A stretch of 64,000 nt of DNA from a virus. Below, piece by piece: positions 46,977 through 55,668 of the stretch (positions are counted from its first letter, which is position 1; each line of letters opens with the position of its first letter). The stretch is from positions 32,001 through 96,000 of IMG/VR virus record IMGVR_UViG_3300009514_000006. One strand, given 5' to 3'. A model generated the notes under the pieces. It was not told the DNA's origin, searched no databases, and saw nothing but the letters and a program-made list of their open reading frames with translations. The translations under genes were made by a program, and so were the position numbers.

Positions 46977-48398
46977 TTAGCTAAGACGACCGATATTAAC
47001 AAAACGGAGCCACTTCTTGTCGGCGAAAAGAATGGGCGTACCATACAGCAAGATCATCCAGCGGTATGCCGGAGCCAGAATGGCCAGATCCATACGCAAC
47101 ATAGGAAGAAGCTGTCGGAACGTAAGAACGCTCGGAGTCATTTCTCCCATGTAGGCGATGTCCGTGAACGGCAGCAAGAAGTTAACATCATCAGGAGTAG
47201 TCGTGCTACTAGGCGTGGCGTTAGCAGCAGGAACCTGAAGGATGAGGCTGTAATCAGCCGGGGTGGTGGAGGCCGCACCACTAGTGGCTTGCGGACGGGT
47301 ACGGTAGACACGGAAATACTCAGCCTGAGTACCCGAAGCGGCATGGGTGATCGTAAGATCAACATGGTTGGTAATCGTAGCAACGGCTTGCTTGTTCGTG
47401 ATGAATCGAGGAGCCGACTCACCAAAACGGTTGGCAGCAGTAACAGCATAGCCGTAATAATTGGTACCGGCCGGTACGCCCTTACCAAAGTCACCATCCG
47501 TACCAGACACACCCGACGCAATGGACGTAGGCTGCGCCGGCGCCGATCCAGACGTAGCAACGGCAGGGGGCGACGGAAGTTGCTTAAGGAAGACGTTCGG
47601 GTTAAGCTCCATCACACCCGCTTGGGTCATAACCGAGTTAACCGACATTCCGACCATTCCGTTTTGCGGGGCCGGAAGGCTGATCCGCTCACGGGGATAG
47701 AAGGTCTTCACCAGGTCACTAGCAACCCGGGTACCCAACCAAAGGTCCGTAGGATAGGCAAATTGCTCGACAAGAAGGTTTGCACCCTCTTCGATGTCGG
47801 CTTCTTGCATCGGCTGACCTTCAAGGTCAATGAACGAGGTGGCGTCAATAAGACTGTCAAGACCGTCCCATTGCTCCGCTTCGCCATCTACGGCCAAGGA
47901 CGAGTCGCCCTTGAACAAACTGTTTTCCATCTTCTCAAGCAGCCAGAGGATACCGTTCTGGTTTTCCAGAGCGATAACATCACCATGAGCAGGATGGACC
48001 ACAGTCATCGGGTGCGTCACTTCACGGGTGACACCGATGTACTTAACAAGCGAGGTACGACGAGCGTACGTCGAGTCTTGCGTGGGGGGTAGTTCGCCTT
48101 CACGAACAAACCCGCCGGAGCTGCTACCATAGTCCACCAACTGGTTGTACTCCTCAACCGTGCTATAAGCAGGGCTCTTAGGAATCTTCTTCCAGAATTT
48201 GATGTGGTGAGCTGTGTGGGTGACGACCTTCAATGAGCCTTCAAGAGACTCAACCCGAAGGGCCGAACCACCCGTTTGACCAGTCAATTGATAACCAGCT
48301 TCAAGAGCTTTCTGCAGATCCTGCAGGTTAGCGGACGAATCTACTCCGAAACCGCTAACGGGCTGCTGGCTGTAATTATTGAGACTAACACCAGACAT
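46977..48398 (-). CDS. Major capsid protein (Herelleviridae-type)
   Basis: SALRVESLE, AYSTVEEY, SLFKGD...EQWDGL, GEMTP...RQLLPM...LLYGTP..FADKKW align by eye with phage K Cps. Predicted maturation site DLQK30|ALEAGY. Confidence 0.95.
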   Translation of the reverse strand: MSGVSLNNYSQQPVSGFGVDSSANLQDLQKALEAGYQLTGQTGGSALRVESLEGSLKVVTHTAHHIKFWKKIPKSPAYSTVEEYNQLVDYGSSSGGFVREGELPPTQDSTYARRTSLVKYIGVTREVTHPMTVVHPAHGDVIALENQNGILWLLEKMENSLFKGDSSLAVDGEAEQWDGLDSLIDATSFIDLEGQPMQEADIEEGANLLVEQFAYPTDLWLGTRVASDLVKTFYPRERISLPAPQNGMVGMSVNSVMTQAGVMELNPNVFLKQLPSPPAVATSGSAPAQPTSIASGVSGTDGDFGKGVPAGTNYYGYAVTAANRFGESAPRFITNKQAVATITNHVDLTITHAASGTQAEYFRVYRTRPQATSGAASTTPADYSLILQVPAANATPSSTTTPDDVNFLLPFTDIAYMGEMTPSVLTFRQLLPMLRMDLAILAPAYRWMILLYGTPILFADKKWLRFVNIGRLS

Positions 48399-48420
48399 AG
48401 GTTATTATTCCTTTCCCGAA

Positions 48421-49449
48421 TTAGCGGTTGTTGCCGCTTGCGAAGTTAAGAACCTTCTGTTGCACTTCAGGCAGCAGTTGGCCACTGGTTTCATACTTGA
48501 TAACATCAAGACTTCCAAGCTGTCCCTTATGGACCATGTCAGTCATAATGTCGGTGATCTGAGCCTTGGTCAGGTCCATGTCCAAGCCGCCCGGGCCGCT
48601 GAAGTTTTTCTTCAGGACCTGAACATCTTGGCCGCCCTGCACCGAACGAAGCTGCGACTTGGGAGCACCAACGGGCTCTTGCGCCTTAGCAATCGCGAGG
48701 TCAGTGGTACCCGAGACATGCTCGCCAATACCCACAACAGCCTCAACAAGAGCCTTATTAAGCTCCTCGTTCTGGCTGTGGGCCTTAGCAAGGTTACCCT
48801 CAAGGGTATTCACTCGATGCTCAAGAGTGGCAACAACATTGGCCAGACTTTTGCCAATTCGAGCTTCGACGCCGCTAATAGCTTCGCCGAAAGCGCGAGT
48901 AAACTCAGCAAGGAAAGGAGAAATCTCAAGACCCTTCTGGAGTTCAGGAGAGTTAAAGGACTTCTTAGCGTCGCCCTCAACCTCGTCGTCCTTACCGCCA
49001 GCGTGGCTGTCCACCACACTACCAGCATCGTCATCCTCACCAGGAGTCCCAGCAGGACCCGGTTTGGCTTTGCCCTTGGCAATACCTTGGAAGCTGTTCG
49101 CGACAGCCCAATTCTCTGCCTTGGTCAACGACTCACCCTTAGCGAGTTTGCTACCGATCAACGGAAGCGGATTGGCTCCCTTGGCGATTGCTACTTCCGC
49201 AGGAGACAAGGCTTGGCTCTTAGCCACCTTATCCGCCAAGCTAGCGCGAACGCTCTTGTAGCTCATGCCATTATAGTCAGTACCGTTATCATCGATACCG
49301 TTGTCCCACTCATTCTGGTCCGTCTCAGACGAACCCCAGCCTGCTTCGCCTACTGACGAATCGCTGGGAGTGTGGTACAACTGCCCCTTTGCCATCGTTT
49401 CTAGGCGCTCCAGGCTTTTCTGGAATTCGCCCTTGTTAATATTCGCCAT
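48421..49449 (-). CDS. Capsid scaffolding protein
   Basis: Between protease and capsid genes; acidic/helical; 15 strict hydrophobic-x-K|[SAG] sites by my count. Confidence 0.8.
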   Translation of the reverse strand: MANINKGEFQKSLERLETMAKGQLYHTPSDSSVGEAGWGSSETDQNEWDNGIDDNGTDYNGMSYKSVRASLADKVAKSQALSPAEVAIAKGANPLPLIGSKLAKGESLTKAENWAVANSFQGIAKGKAKPGPAGTPGEDDDAGSVVDSHAGGKDDEVEGDAKKSFNSPELQKGLEISPFLAEFTRAFGEAISGVEARIGKSLANVVATLEHRVNTLEGNLAKAHSQNEELNKALVEAVVGIGEHVSGTTDLAIAKAQEPVGAPKSQLRSVQGGQDVQVLKKNFSGPGGLDMDLTKAQITDIMTDMVHKGQLGSLDVIKYETSGQLLPEVQQKVLNFASGNNR

Positions 49450-49465
49450 TAGGCACTCCTCTCAG

Positions 49466-50296
49466 TCATTTGTTTAGTTTTCTTTCTGTGAAAATTGCAT
49501 CAACAACAAGCGAAGCCGTGGATCGACCCCACCCTTTGTCCAATTGTAGAGCCTTAATACACTCCTCCCGAGACAGCATTGCCTCTTGAGGAATATCATC
49601 AAGACTTTTAAAGGTAGTTACCTTAGCTCTTCCTTCCAAGGATTGAGGAACTAAAGACCTACCCATACCCCCAACAGAAAGAGCTTTCTCATGCTCTTCT
49701 CTCTCTTGTTTGGGTGTTTCCTTCTCTTCATGCTCGTGCATGTCGTCTTCACTGCCGCACTCACATGAAATAACTGCTTTATCCATAGAATCACACCATT
49801 CTTCAGCACAGAGAGATTTAACTATCTGTGTCCAGGTGCTGGTGTTAACCGGGGCTGCGGTAATAGCTACATCCTTGATCCAACACTTAAGGATGCTTTT
49901 TCCAGCTCGTCGCTTGACTTTCCCCTCAATGGAGAAACCAACTCGTCGTTTAGAGTCAGACTGATCGAGCGACTGTAGGTGCTCCCACCACTTATCGGAG
50001 ATTTCCTTGCCTTTATACAAAAACCCTTTAATCCAGAAGCCATCCTTGGTTATCTTAGCTTCTGTAGGTTCTCCGACTTTATTCTCTGGACCCTCTTTAT
50101 GATCGTTATTGATATAGCCATTTTTCAAGAAGTATTCAAAATCAATACCATCTTGAACAACCCGCTCCCCTTGTAGATCTAGGTCGGCAGTAGACGCAAT
50201 ACCTTCAATCCAGCGAGTGCCATCACCCGTTTTGTTGGCTTTGACAACAGTTGCTGGAAGGAAAAACTGGAAAGTGTCTTTATTAGGCTTACTCAT
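49466..50296 (-). CDS. Prohead maturation protease
   Basis: IEGIASTADLDLQGERVVQDGIDFEYF...GYINNDH, GFSIEG, VAITAAPVN. Confidence 0.92.
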   Translation of the reverse strand: MSKPNKDTFQFFLPATVVKANKTGDGTRWIEGIASTADLDLQGERVVQDGIDFEYFLKNGYINNDHKEGPENKVGEPTEAKITKDGFWIKGFLYKGKEISDKWWEHLQSLDQSDSKRRVGFSIEGKVKRRAGKSILKCWIKDVAITAAPVNTSTWTQIVKSLCAEEWCDSMDKAVISCECGSEDDMHEHEEKETPKQEREEHEKALSVGGMGRSLVPQSLEGRAKVTTFKSLDDIPQEAMLSREECIKALQLDKGWGRSTASLVVDAIFTERKLNK

Positions 50297-50300
50297 GACG

Positions 50301-50334
50301 AAAAAAGGGAGAGACCGCCGAGGCAGCTCTCCCT
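50301..50334 (-). terminator. Terminator-like hairpin ending 4 nt before the protease ATG
   Basis: AGGGAGAG-CTGCCTCGGCGGT-CTCTCCCT followed by TTTTT CGTC ATG. Confidence 0.65.
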
Positions 50335-50367
50335 ATATGGAGTCCTTTAGTATGTGCTAGCTCGATA

Positions 50368-50397
50368 ACTTTACTATGATAGTTTATGTAATGTCAA
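50368..50397 (-). promoter_or_regulatory. Candidate sigma70-type promoter upstream of the protease gene
   Basis: TTGACA-18-TAAAGT; the -35 box overlaps the zinc-ribbon stop codon. Confidence 0.45.
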
Positions 50398-50615
50398 GTA
50401 CTTTTTTTGCTATATCCCTTGATAAACAAAGGAGGATTTGCATTGTCAAAATCTGCTCTAATAGGAACAGGTATCTCTTTGTTACAACCCTTACAAACAG
50501 CCCAAGATGTGCTGTTATCCTTCAGTATCAAGATCTTAGACCTAATCTTAAATCCATTGCCATCGGACTTAATGATTAGTTCTCCACACGAGCAGGTTAG
50601 GGTTGGTGCGTTCAT
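50394..50615 (-). CDS. Com-like zinc-ribbon protein
   Basis: LTCSCGELIIK...AVCKGCNKEI, a two-knuckle ribbon resembling Mu Com (C..C.KLL.K...C.RC). Confidence 0.55.
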   Translation of the reverse strand: MNAPTLTCSCGELIIKSDGNGFKIRSKILILKDNSTSWAVCKGCNKEIPVPIRADFDNANPPLFIKGYSKKST

Positions 50616-51604
50616 ACGTAATTATGTAAAGGCGTTGTATGCAACCACTTACTAAAAACAGACTCACTAGGAGTCCTAGATGTTAGGTCAGAAGAAACTC
50701 TGGGGATGCTCATGAATGATCTATGGTCCATCAAAGGAGCACCAACATTACTCCTCATCTTTGCGTTTTCTTCTATGACCCGAATAACTACAGGGTCCAC
50801 ATACTGCTCCTGAATAACGCTGAGGCAGAAATCAAGATCTTCAGAAGTATTCAAGTTGTACCCCAGCTCTGAAGCTACTTCAATTAGAGATTGTCGGTGA
50901 GCGTATCCTACATCCGCACCTCTATCTAGGAAGCCTTGCATAGAAGTAATGTAGGCATTGCTGGCGTGGTATGTTTGTAGACCCTCTAGAGGTATACCTA
51001 ACTCTACCAGTAAATTCGTGATAAGATGAGGACCAATCCTACGGGGCTCAAAGTAAGATAGATCGCTCTGACTATCTACCTTAGGCACAACAAATAAAGG
51101 TTCTTTTGGATCTCGGTTAGAGCACAGCATCCTTAGGGCCTGAGAGACTTCGGGGGAGCAGTGAATCCTCCTCTTACCTAGACGACAAATCTCTCGGGCA
51201 CAAACAATATCTTTGATGCTCAGACCAGTAATCTCCCACAGACGAAATCTGCCCTGGTCCAGCAACATAAGAATCAAAGCAACAGACTTGTCCTTCATAT
51301 GGGGAGATTTAAACAGGGTGCTAACATAGGATCTAAAAGTAGGAAGACGAGAATCAACAAGAGCATTCTGCTGGTGTATTTTCCACCCACTTTGCCCCGC
51401 CATGTCCTCCTCTAGATAAGAGTATTCATGTGATCCATTAACAGGGTTAACCCACCTAGCGGCCCACAAATTTTTAGGGTCATTAGGGTGATAACCTTGG
51501 TTCCATTCAACAGGAGCACCTGGGTAGGGTGCCCGGGATAACCGGCGCCCATCTTCAGTTAGAAAAGGTGATTTTTCAGGTTCTTGCTTAGTATTGGAAC
51601 CCAT
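50612..51604 (-). CDS. Topoisomerase IB-like protein, degenerate active site
   Basis: RLPTFRSYV, LLDQGRFRL, LGK, LQTYHAS (normally FRT), VASELG, QYVDPVV (SYIDP). Start MGSN at 51604 with GAGGA SD. Confidence 0.7.
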   Translation of the reverse strand: MGSNTKQEPEKSPFLTEDGRRLSRAPYPGAPVEWNQGYHPNDPKNLWAARWVNPVNGSHEYSYLEEDMAGQSGWKIHQQNALVDSRLPTFRSYVSTLFKSPHMKDKSVALILMLLDQGRFRLWEITGLSIKDIVCAREICRLGKRRIHCSPEVSQALRMLCSNRDPKEPLFVVPKVDSQSDLSYFEPRRIGPHLITNLLVELGIPLEGLQTYHASNAYITSMQGFLDRGADVGYAHRQSLIEVASELGYNLNTSEDLDFCLSVIQEQYVDPVVIRVIEENAKMRSNVGAPLMDHRSFMSIPRVSSDLTSRTPSESVFSKWLHTTPLHNYV

Positions 51605-52394
51605 CTTTTGAGTCCTCTTCTGCAAGACTAGCAACACCCTCAGGACCTGCTTGCGGATCTGAGTGATCTAGTAGATCTGGATCTTCGAATGTTGCAGACT
51701 GCATAGTCATAGGAGACATCTGCTCAAACAAGTCTAGTTGATCTTCTAAAAAGCCTTTGACCTCTGCGCGGATATGGTTTTCAGTGACAGGAAAGTACTG
51801 ATAGCCATCTCCCCATATTTCAGCAGCCAAAGGCATCAGCTGAGCTTCGTCAACAGAATCAATGAGCATGAGAGCTTGGTTTACAAACATTGGGTCATTT
51901 ACATTCATCACAAGAGCCGGAGGAGCTGCTTCCTGCTCTGTCTCTACTGGCGCCTCCTCGTCTCCGAATGCCTTCTTCACAAACTTATTTTTGAAATCAT
52001 CTATGGAATACTCTTTCATAGATCCAAAAAATTTAGGTGTGTTGAAGTGCATAAGATAAGCCGCTTTGGCCTCCCTAGCCGTACAAAACCCAATCATAAC
52101 TTTCTGTTCATCCAGCTTTTTAAATTCAGGTTTCTTTAGTTGATCTACAACAAAGACTTTCGGGGAGTCATCATGGGGACCCACAAACACATCAAGCTGA
52201 TCTCCGTCCCAACCCTTATCTTTCATACCACAAAAATATCCATAAGGATAATGCATCTTTGTGGTACCTTTCTCACCCGTTGCTTCGTCGGTCCAATGAC
52301 GAACTTGACCCTTATCTGTCTCAATAGAGATCTCTAGATCCTGAAACTCAATTTTTCGAGCTAGCTTTCTAGCTTTTTCAGTGACCTTGAACAT
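51588..52394 (-). CDS. Inorganic pyrophosphatase-like (phage polyvalent-protein InPase) domain protein
   Basis: ISIETDKG...MHYPYGY...DGDQLDVFVG...VFVVDQ...DEQKVMIGF...AY, followed by an acidic tail. Confidence 0.85.
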   Translation of the reverse strand: MFKVTEKARKLARKIEFQDLEISIETDKGQVRHWTDEATGEKGTTKMHYPYGYFCGMKDKGWDGDQLDVFVGPHDDSPKVFVVDQLKKPEFKKLDEQKVMIGFCTAREAKAAYLMHFNTPKFFGSMKEYSIDDFKNKFVKKAFGDEEAPVETEQEAAPPALVMNVNDPMFVNQALMLIDSVDEAQLMPLAAEIWGDGYQYFPVTENHIRAEVKGFLEDQLDLFEQMSPMTMQSATFEDPDLLDHSDPQAGPEGVASLAEEDSKDGFQY

Positions 52395-52395
52395 C

Positions 52396-53928
52396 CTAGT
52401 ACTGTTTCATCGCCTCAATGGCCTTCTGCTGGGCTTCATACAGCTGCCTCTGATAAGAATCACTACCGGGACCTTGCCCGTATACTCCAGGCGCCTCTGG
52501 ATTATCCTCTGCTCCCTCGCCTACCGCGATAGTAGTAGACGCTGCGCCGTCTGGGGGAGAAAACGTTCCGTCAGTATTATGGTTAGGATTACCGCCTAAA
52601 TGTCCCGGAACTCCCGACATACGATTCCTGGGCATCTCACCCTCAGATATGTCAGCTATCGAGTCAAAGGCCCCTGCATGAGTTGGTGGTGTTCGTAGCT
52701 CCTTGGTTCCATTAGCATTAAGCTCTTGTCCAGCACTTCCCGAATCAATAAGGTCCATCAGGTCCTGCAGCTGTGCGCGGATGGCTCCTAAATCTAAGCC
52801 ACTATCCATAGGGCTACCCGAGTCTCCTGTCGGAGCTGTTTCTAGGGAGTCATCGTAGGCAAAATCTTCTTCACCACCAAGAGAGCCCTCGTCTTCTGGG
52901 AGCATACTCTCCATAGAAAAATCATCATCATATGCCGCATCATCATAATCATCGCCGCCAAAGGATTCTGCGTCCTGAGGTCTTTCGTTGACATTAGTCA
53001 TGGGACCCACCGGGCCACCAGTGGCCGTATGCTTCATACCAGGAGCGGGGCCGCTACCACTAGCGGCCATCAACGGTTTATTCTGCTCCGGGGAAACATC
53101 TGGTTGCGACAGAAGATTATCAAATGATCCATTATTTCTGTCATCCATACTGTTCATAGACTCAACAAAGCGATCAGAAGGACTCAGTGAATCCTTCCTG
53201 CGGTCTTCATGTGCGTCAGCATTATTCATGAACCGCATAGTGTCTTCAGGGGTCTCAGCCTCATCACTCAACAATCTGTTGAGCATCTCTGCTTCTTCAT
53301 GATCCTCAGGAGAGAAGTCTTCGTGACCAGAGAAATAAGGATCATCAAAGATATCTAATCCATGAGTTGTATGCCCCATTACATCTGCTTTAGTGTCATT
53401 TTGGAGCTGTGGAGCGATAGCCTTAGGAGCACCTGGAAGCTGCGCAGGGACACTTGGGGCTGCTTTTTTTACCGATCTCTTAGCTCCTCCTTTGCCAGAC
53501 CTTTCCCCTGGCGAGGGCAGGCGACGGACATGTCTACCCCCCTCTCGTAGCTCCAAAAGAGATTCCAATTTCTCGTGAGCACGAAGTTTATGCTCGCGTT
53601 CAGTTTTAGCCTTATCCTCTTCTGCGGTTGACTGGGATCCTACATCTTCAGACGCAGCAAACTTACCAGAATGAGGGTCCCGCTTGCGCTGAAATTGTGG
53701 GCCAGAAGCAGTATATTTCACTGGTACTCTGATGGCTTTGTTCAAGTATAGAGAAGGCCCATGCTCAACAATAACAGGAGGTGTGATAACATTGTTACCT
53801 CGTGTCGGAGGAGTACCACACCTGGCCGCCTCTATAGACTTCTCAATATAGGACGGTTTTCGTTCTTGGGGAATCACTACATTAGGAGTAACCCAATTAA
53901 GACGTTTGATACTTCCGTGGTCCGACAT
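52396..53928 (-). CDS. Acidic, largely disordered putative head-internal protein
   Basis: 510 aa rich in D/E/P/G; short motifs RDPHSGKF and GHTTHG...FSPEDHEEA; hydrophobic-x-K|[SA] sites IEKS, LNKA, VKKA. Confidence 0.5.
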   Translation of the reverse strand: MSDHGSIKRLNWVTPNVVIPQERKPSYIEKSIEAARCGTPPTRGNNVITPPVIVEHGPSLYLNKAIRVPVKYTASGPQFQRKRDPHSGKFAASEDVGSQSTAEEDKAKTEREHKLRAHEKLESLLELREGGRHVRRLPSPGERSGKGGAKRSVKKAAPSVPAQLPGAPKAIAPQLQNDTKADVMGHTTHGLDIFDDPYFSGHEDFSPEDHEEAEMLNRLLSDEAETPEDTMRFMNNADAHEDRRKDSLSPSDRFVESMNSMDDRNNGSFDNLLSQPDVSPEQNKPLMAASGSGPAPGMKHTATGGPVGPMTNVNERPQDAESFGGDDYDDAAYDDDFSMESMLPEDEGSLGGEEDFAYDDSLETAPTGDSGSPMDSGLDLGAIRAQLQDLMDLIDSGSAGQELNANGTKELRTPPTHAGAFDSIADISEGEMPRNRMSGVPGHLGGNPNHNTDGTFSPPDGAASTTIAVGEGAEDNPEAPGVYGQGPGSDSYQRQLYEAQQKAIEAMKQY

Positions 53929-53936
53929 AGAGTCTC

Positions 53937-54410
53937 CTACTTGCCGCTTAGTGTACGGCTTTGTCCAGGAACAAAAACACCACCACTACCGGCATTATAT
54001 GCAACTTCTTCCGCTAAATGTGCCATAACTAGCTGCTTTAACTTAGACTTCTCAGTACGAGACAGCTGGGTACGGATCTCCGCCATCATTGGTTCCATTT
54101 TACGAAACTTAAGAGGGAACACAACAGTAAGCAAAGCCTCCTCCATCGGAGTCAAAAAACCATTGTACTCGGCCTTGTGGATAGCATCAATAATGGCATT
54201 AGAAGCCCAAACATAATCTAGCTCACCGTTGGGATAACGCCGCATAGTACTCATCATATGGGTACTCGGTCTGTCCTCAAGGTTATGGTATTTGCTCTCG
54301 TGTTGTTCGTGCGGAGCAAACGACTCGTAGCTAGGATTAGTCTCTTTAGCTTTTACGATATTCGGATTCTGCATATGCAGAGGAACTCTTGGTGTGCTGT
54401 TACTGCTCAT
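53937..54410 (-). CDS. Hypothetical head-cluster protein
   Basis: 157 aa, GAGGA SD; IVKA and IHKA sites. Confidence 0.55.
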   Translation of the reverse strand: MSSNSTPRVPLHMQNPNIVKAKETNPSYESFAPHEQHESKYHNLEDRPSTHMMSTMRRYPNGELDYVWASNAIIDAIHKAEYNGFLTPMEEALLTVVFPLKFRKMEPMMAEIRTQLSRTEKSKLKQLVMAHLAEEVAYNAGSGGVFVPGQSRTLSGK

Positions 54411-54537
54411 TTTTTCCTCTCGATATTAATGTATAGAGGTTGACTCTTTTTGATTGAAGAGTCCTTTACCAACAAGGGAACCTTGTTTGGTACCGAAATC
54501 CACAAAGGAATTGATTTTTCTATCTTACCCATATAGG

Positions 54538-55668
54538 TCACCCACAATTCGGACAGAAAAGATTACCCCCAGCAGATTTTGTCAATCGAGCATTGCAGGA
54601 GGAACAACAAGTCGATTTGTAAAGACCACAAGAAAAACAACCAACAGATGATTTATACACAGTACCATGAGTAGGACAATTATTATAAGGGTCTGCCACT
54701 CGGTTATAGTCCTTACCAGAAACATCTTTAAGGGTATCCCCAACAAGAGGAGCTACACCTTCGGGACTATAAAGAGCCGAGTTCTGACGGGTCATCGTCT
54801 TCATGGCAGAGTTATACACGCCAAAGGGGTCATAAACTCCCTGCGGGCGGGGGATGTGCATAGAACGAGTTGTTAGGGCCTTTCCCATACCCTGAAGTTT
54901 GGTACCCAAGGAATACTCTGGGCTACCCTTAGGCTGATTAGCCGTCAAACTCTGTCCCGCTCCATGAAGGGACGCTTGCCGGCTAATTGTATGACCAGCT
55001 TCGGGCTTAGTGCCAGAAGTATACTCAGGTTTATTAGTAATCTGCCTTACGGTTTGAGCCGGGGGTACAGTAGGTTCTTTTCTAGCTCGATCTATCTCAG
55101 ATCCCTTACCAGACTCAAAAGCCTTGTCTGTCCACTCTTTCTTAAGCGTCTCTCCCTCTTCATCAAACAGGTCCTCTAGACTCTTCTCAGCAGGAGGCAT
55201 ACCTGGTAGAGGGCCTTTAGCTCTTTCCCCGGGAGTTTCAGAGGTTACTGTTCCCTTTAGCTTAGAAGGAACAGGAGGCGGACCAGATTTAGGAACAGGA
55301 GGAGGACCAGCCTTAGATACCCCAGCTTGGTTAGCTGCGATTGCTATTGCTTGCTTTCGTCCGCCAGGATACTTATCGGGATTGTCTTTCATCTCTCTCA
55401 TATTAGCGGAAATCTTCCGCTCAAAGTGAGATTCCTTTTTATCCTTGTCCTCATCTTCATCATCAGAGGCTTTAAGCAAGTCTAGCAAGTTAGTCATAGT
55501 ATTAGGTCCCTTATTTACTGGCGTTTTAATAAGCCACGGTTTTTTATCTTTAGGATAATCGTCCACACTAAAATCACCAACAGAACTATCTTTATACCCC
55601 CCACCTCGCTTACGATCTTGTTCAGCAATCTGCTGGGGGGTCATATTTGGTGTATATGATTTCTTCAT
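54538..55668 (-). CDS. Low-complexity head-cluster protein with QAIAIA motif and Cys-rich C-terminus
   Basis: ATGA overlap with the portal stop; KISANMREM...RKQAIAIAANQAG; C-terminal CPTH...CFSC...CCSSC...CPNC; 8 strict cleavage-motif matches. Confidence 0.55.
   Translation of the reverse strand: MKKSYTPNMTPQQIAEQDRKRGGGYKDSSVGDFSVDDYPKDKKPWLIKTPVNKGPNTMTNLLDLLKASDDEDEDKDKKESHFERKISANMREMKDNPDKYPGGRKQAIAIAANQAGVSKAGPPPVPKSGPPPVPSKLKGTVTSETPGERAKGPLPGMPPAEKSLEDLFDEEGETLKKEWTDKAFESGKGSEIDRARKEPTVPPAQTVRQITNKPEYTSGTKPEAGHTISRQASLHGAGQSLTANQPKGSPEYSLGTKLQGMGKALTTRSMHIPRPQGVYDPFGVYNSAMKTMTRQNSALYSPEGVAPLVGDTLKDVSGKDYNRVADPYNNCPTHGTVYKSSVGCFSCGLYKSTCCSSCNARLTKSAGGNLFCPNCG

Noticed and set aside
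47138-49356. Long alternate-frame and antisense ORFs over capsid and scaffold (e.g. 47289-48092, 48379-49356)
   Set aside because: Shadows of strongly codon-biased genes; no SD or recognisable motifs.
50612-51604. Integrase or protelomerase call
   Set aside because: Only box I looks recombinase-like; the N-domain, LP.FR..V, VA.ELG and YVDP patterns fit TopIB, and there is no H-x-x-R motif or att site.
54442-54491. Two adjacent hairpins in the 54411-54537 gap as terminators
   Set aside because: Neither has a U-tract in the direction of transcription; function unsupported.
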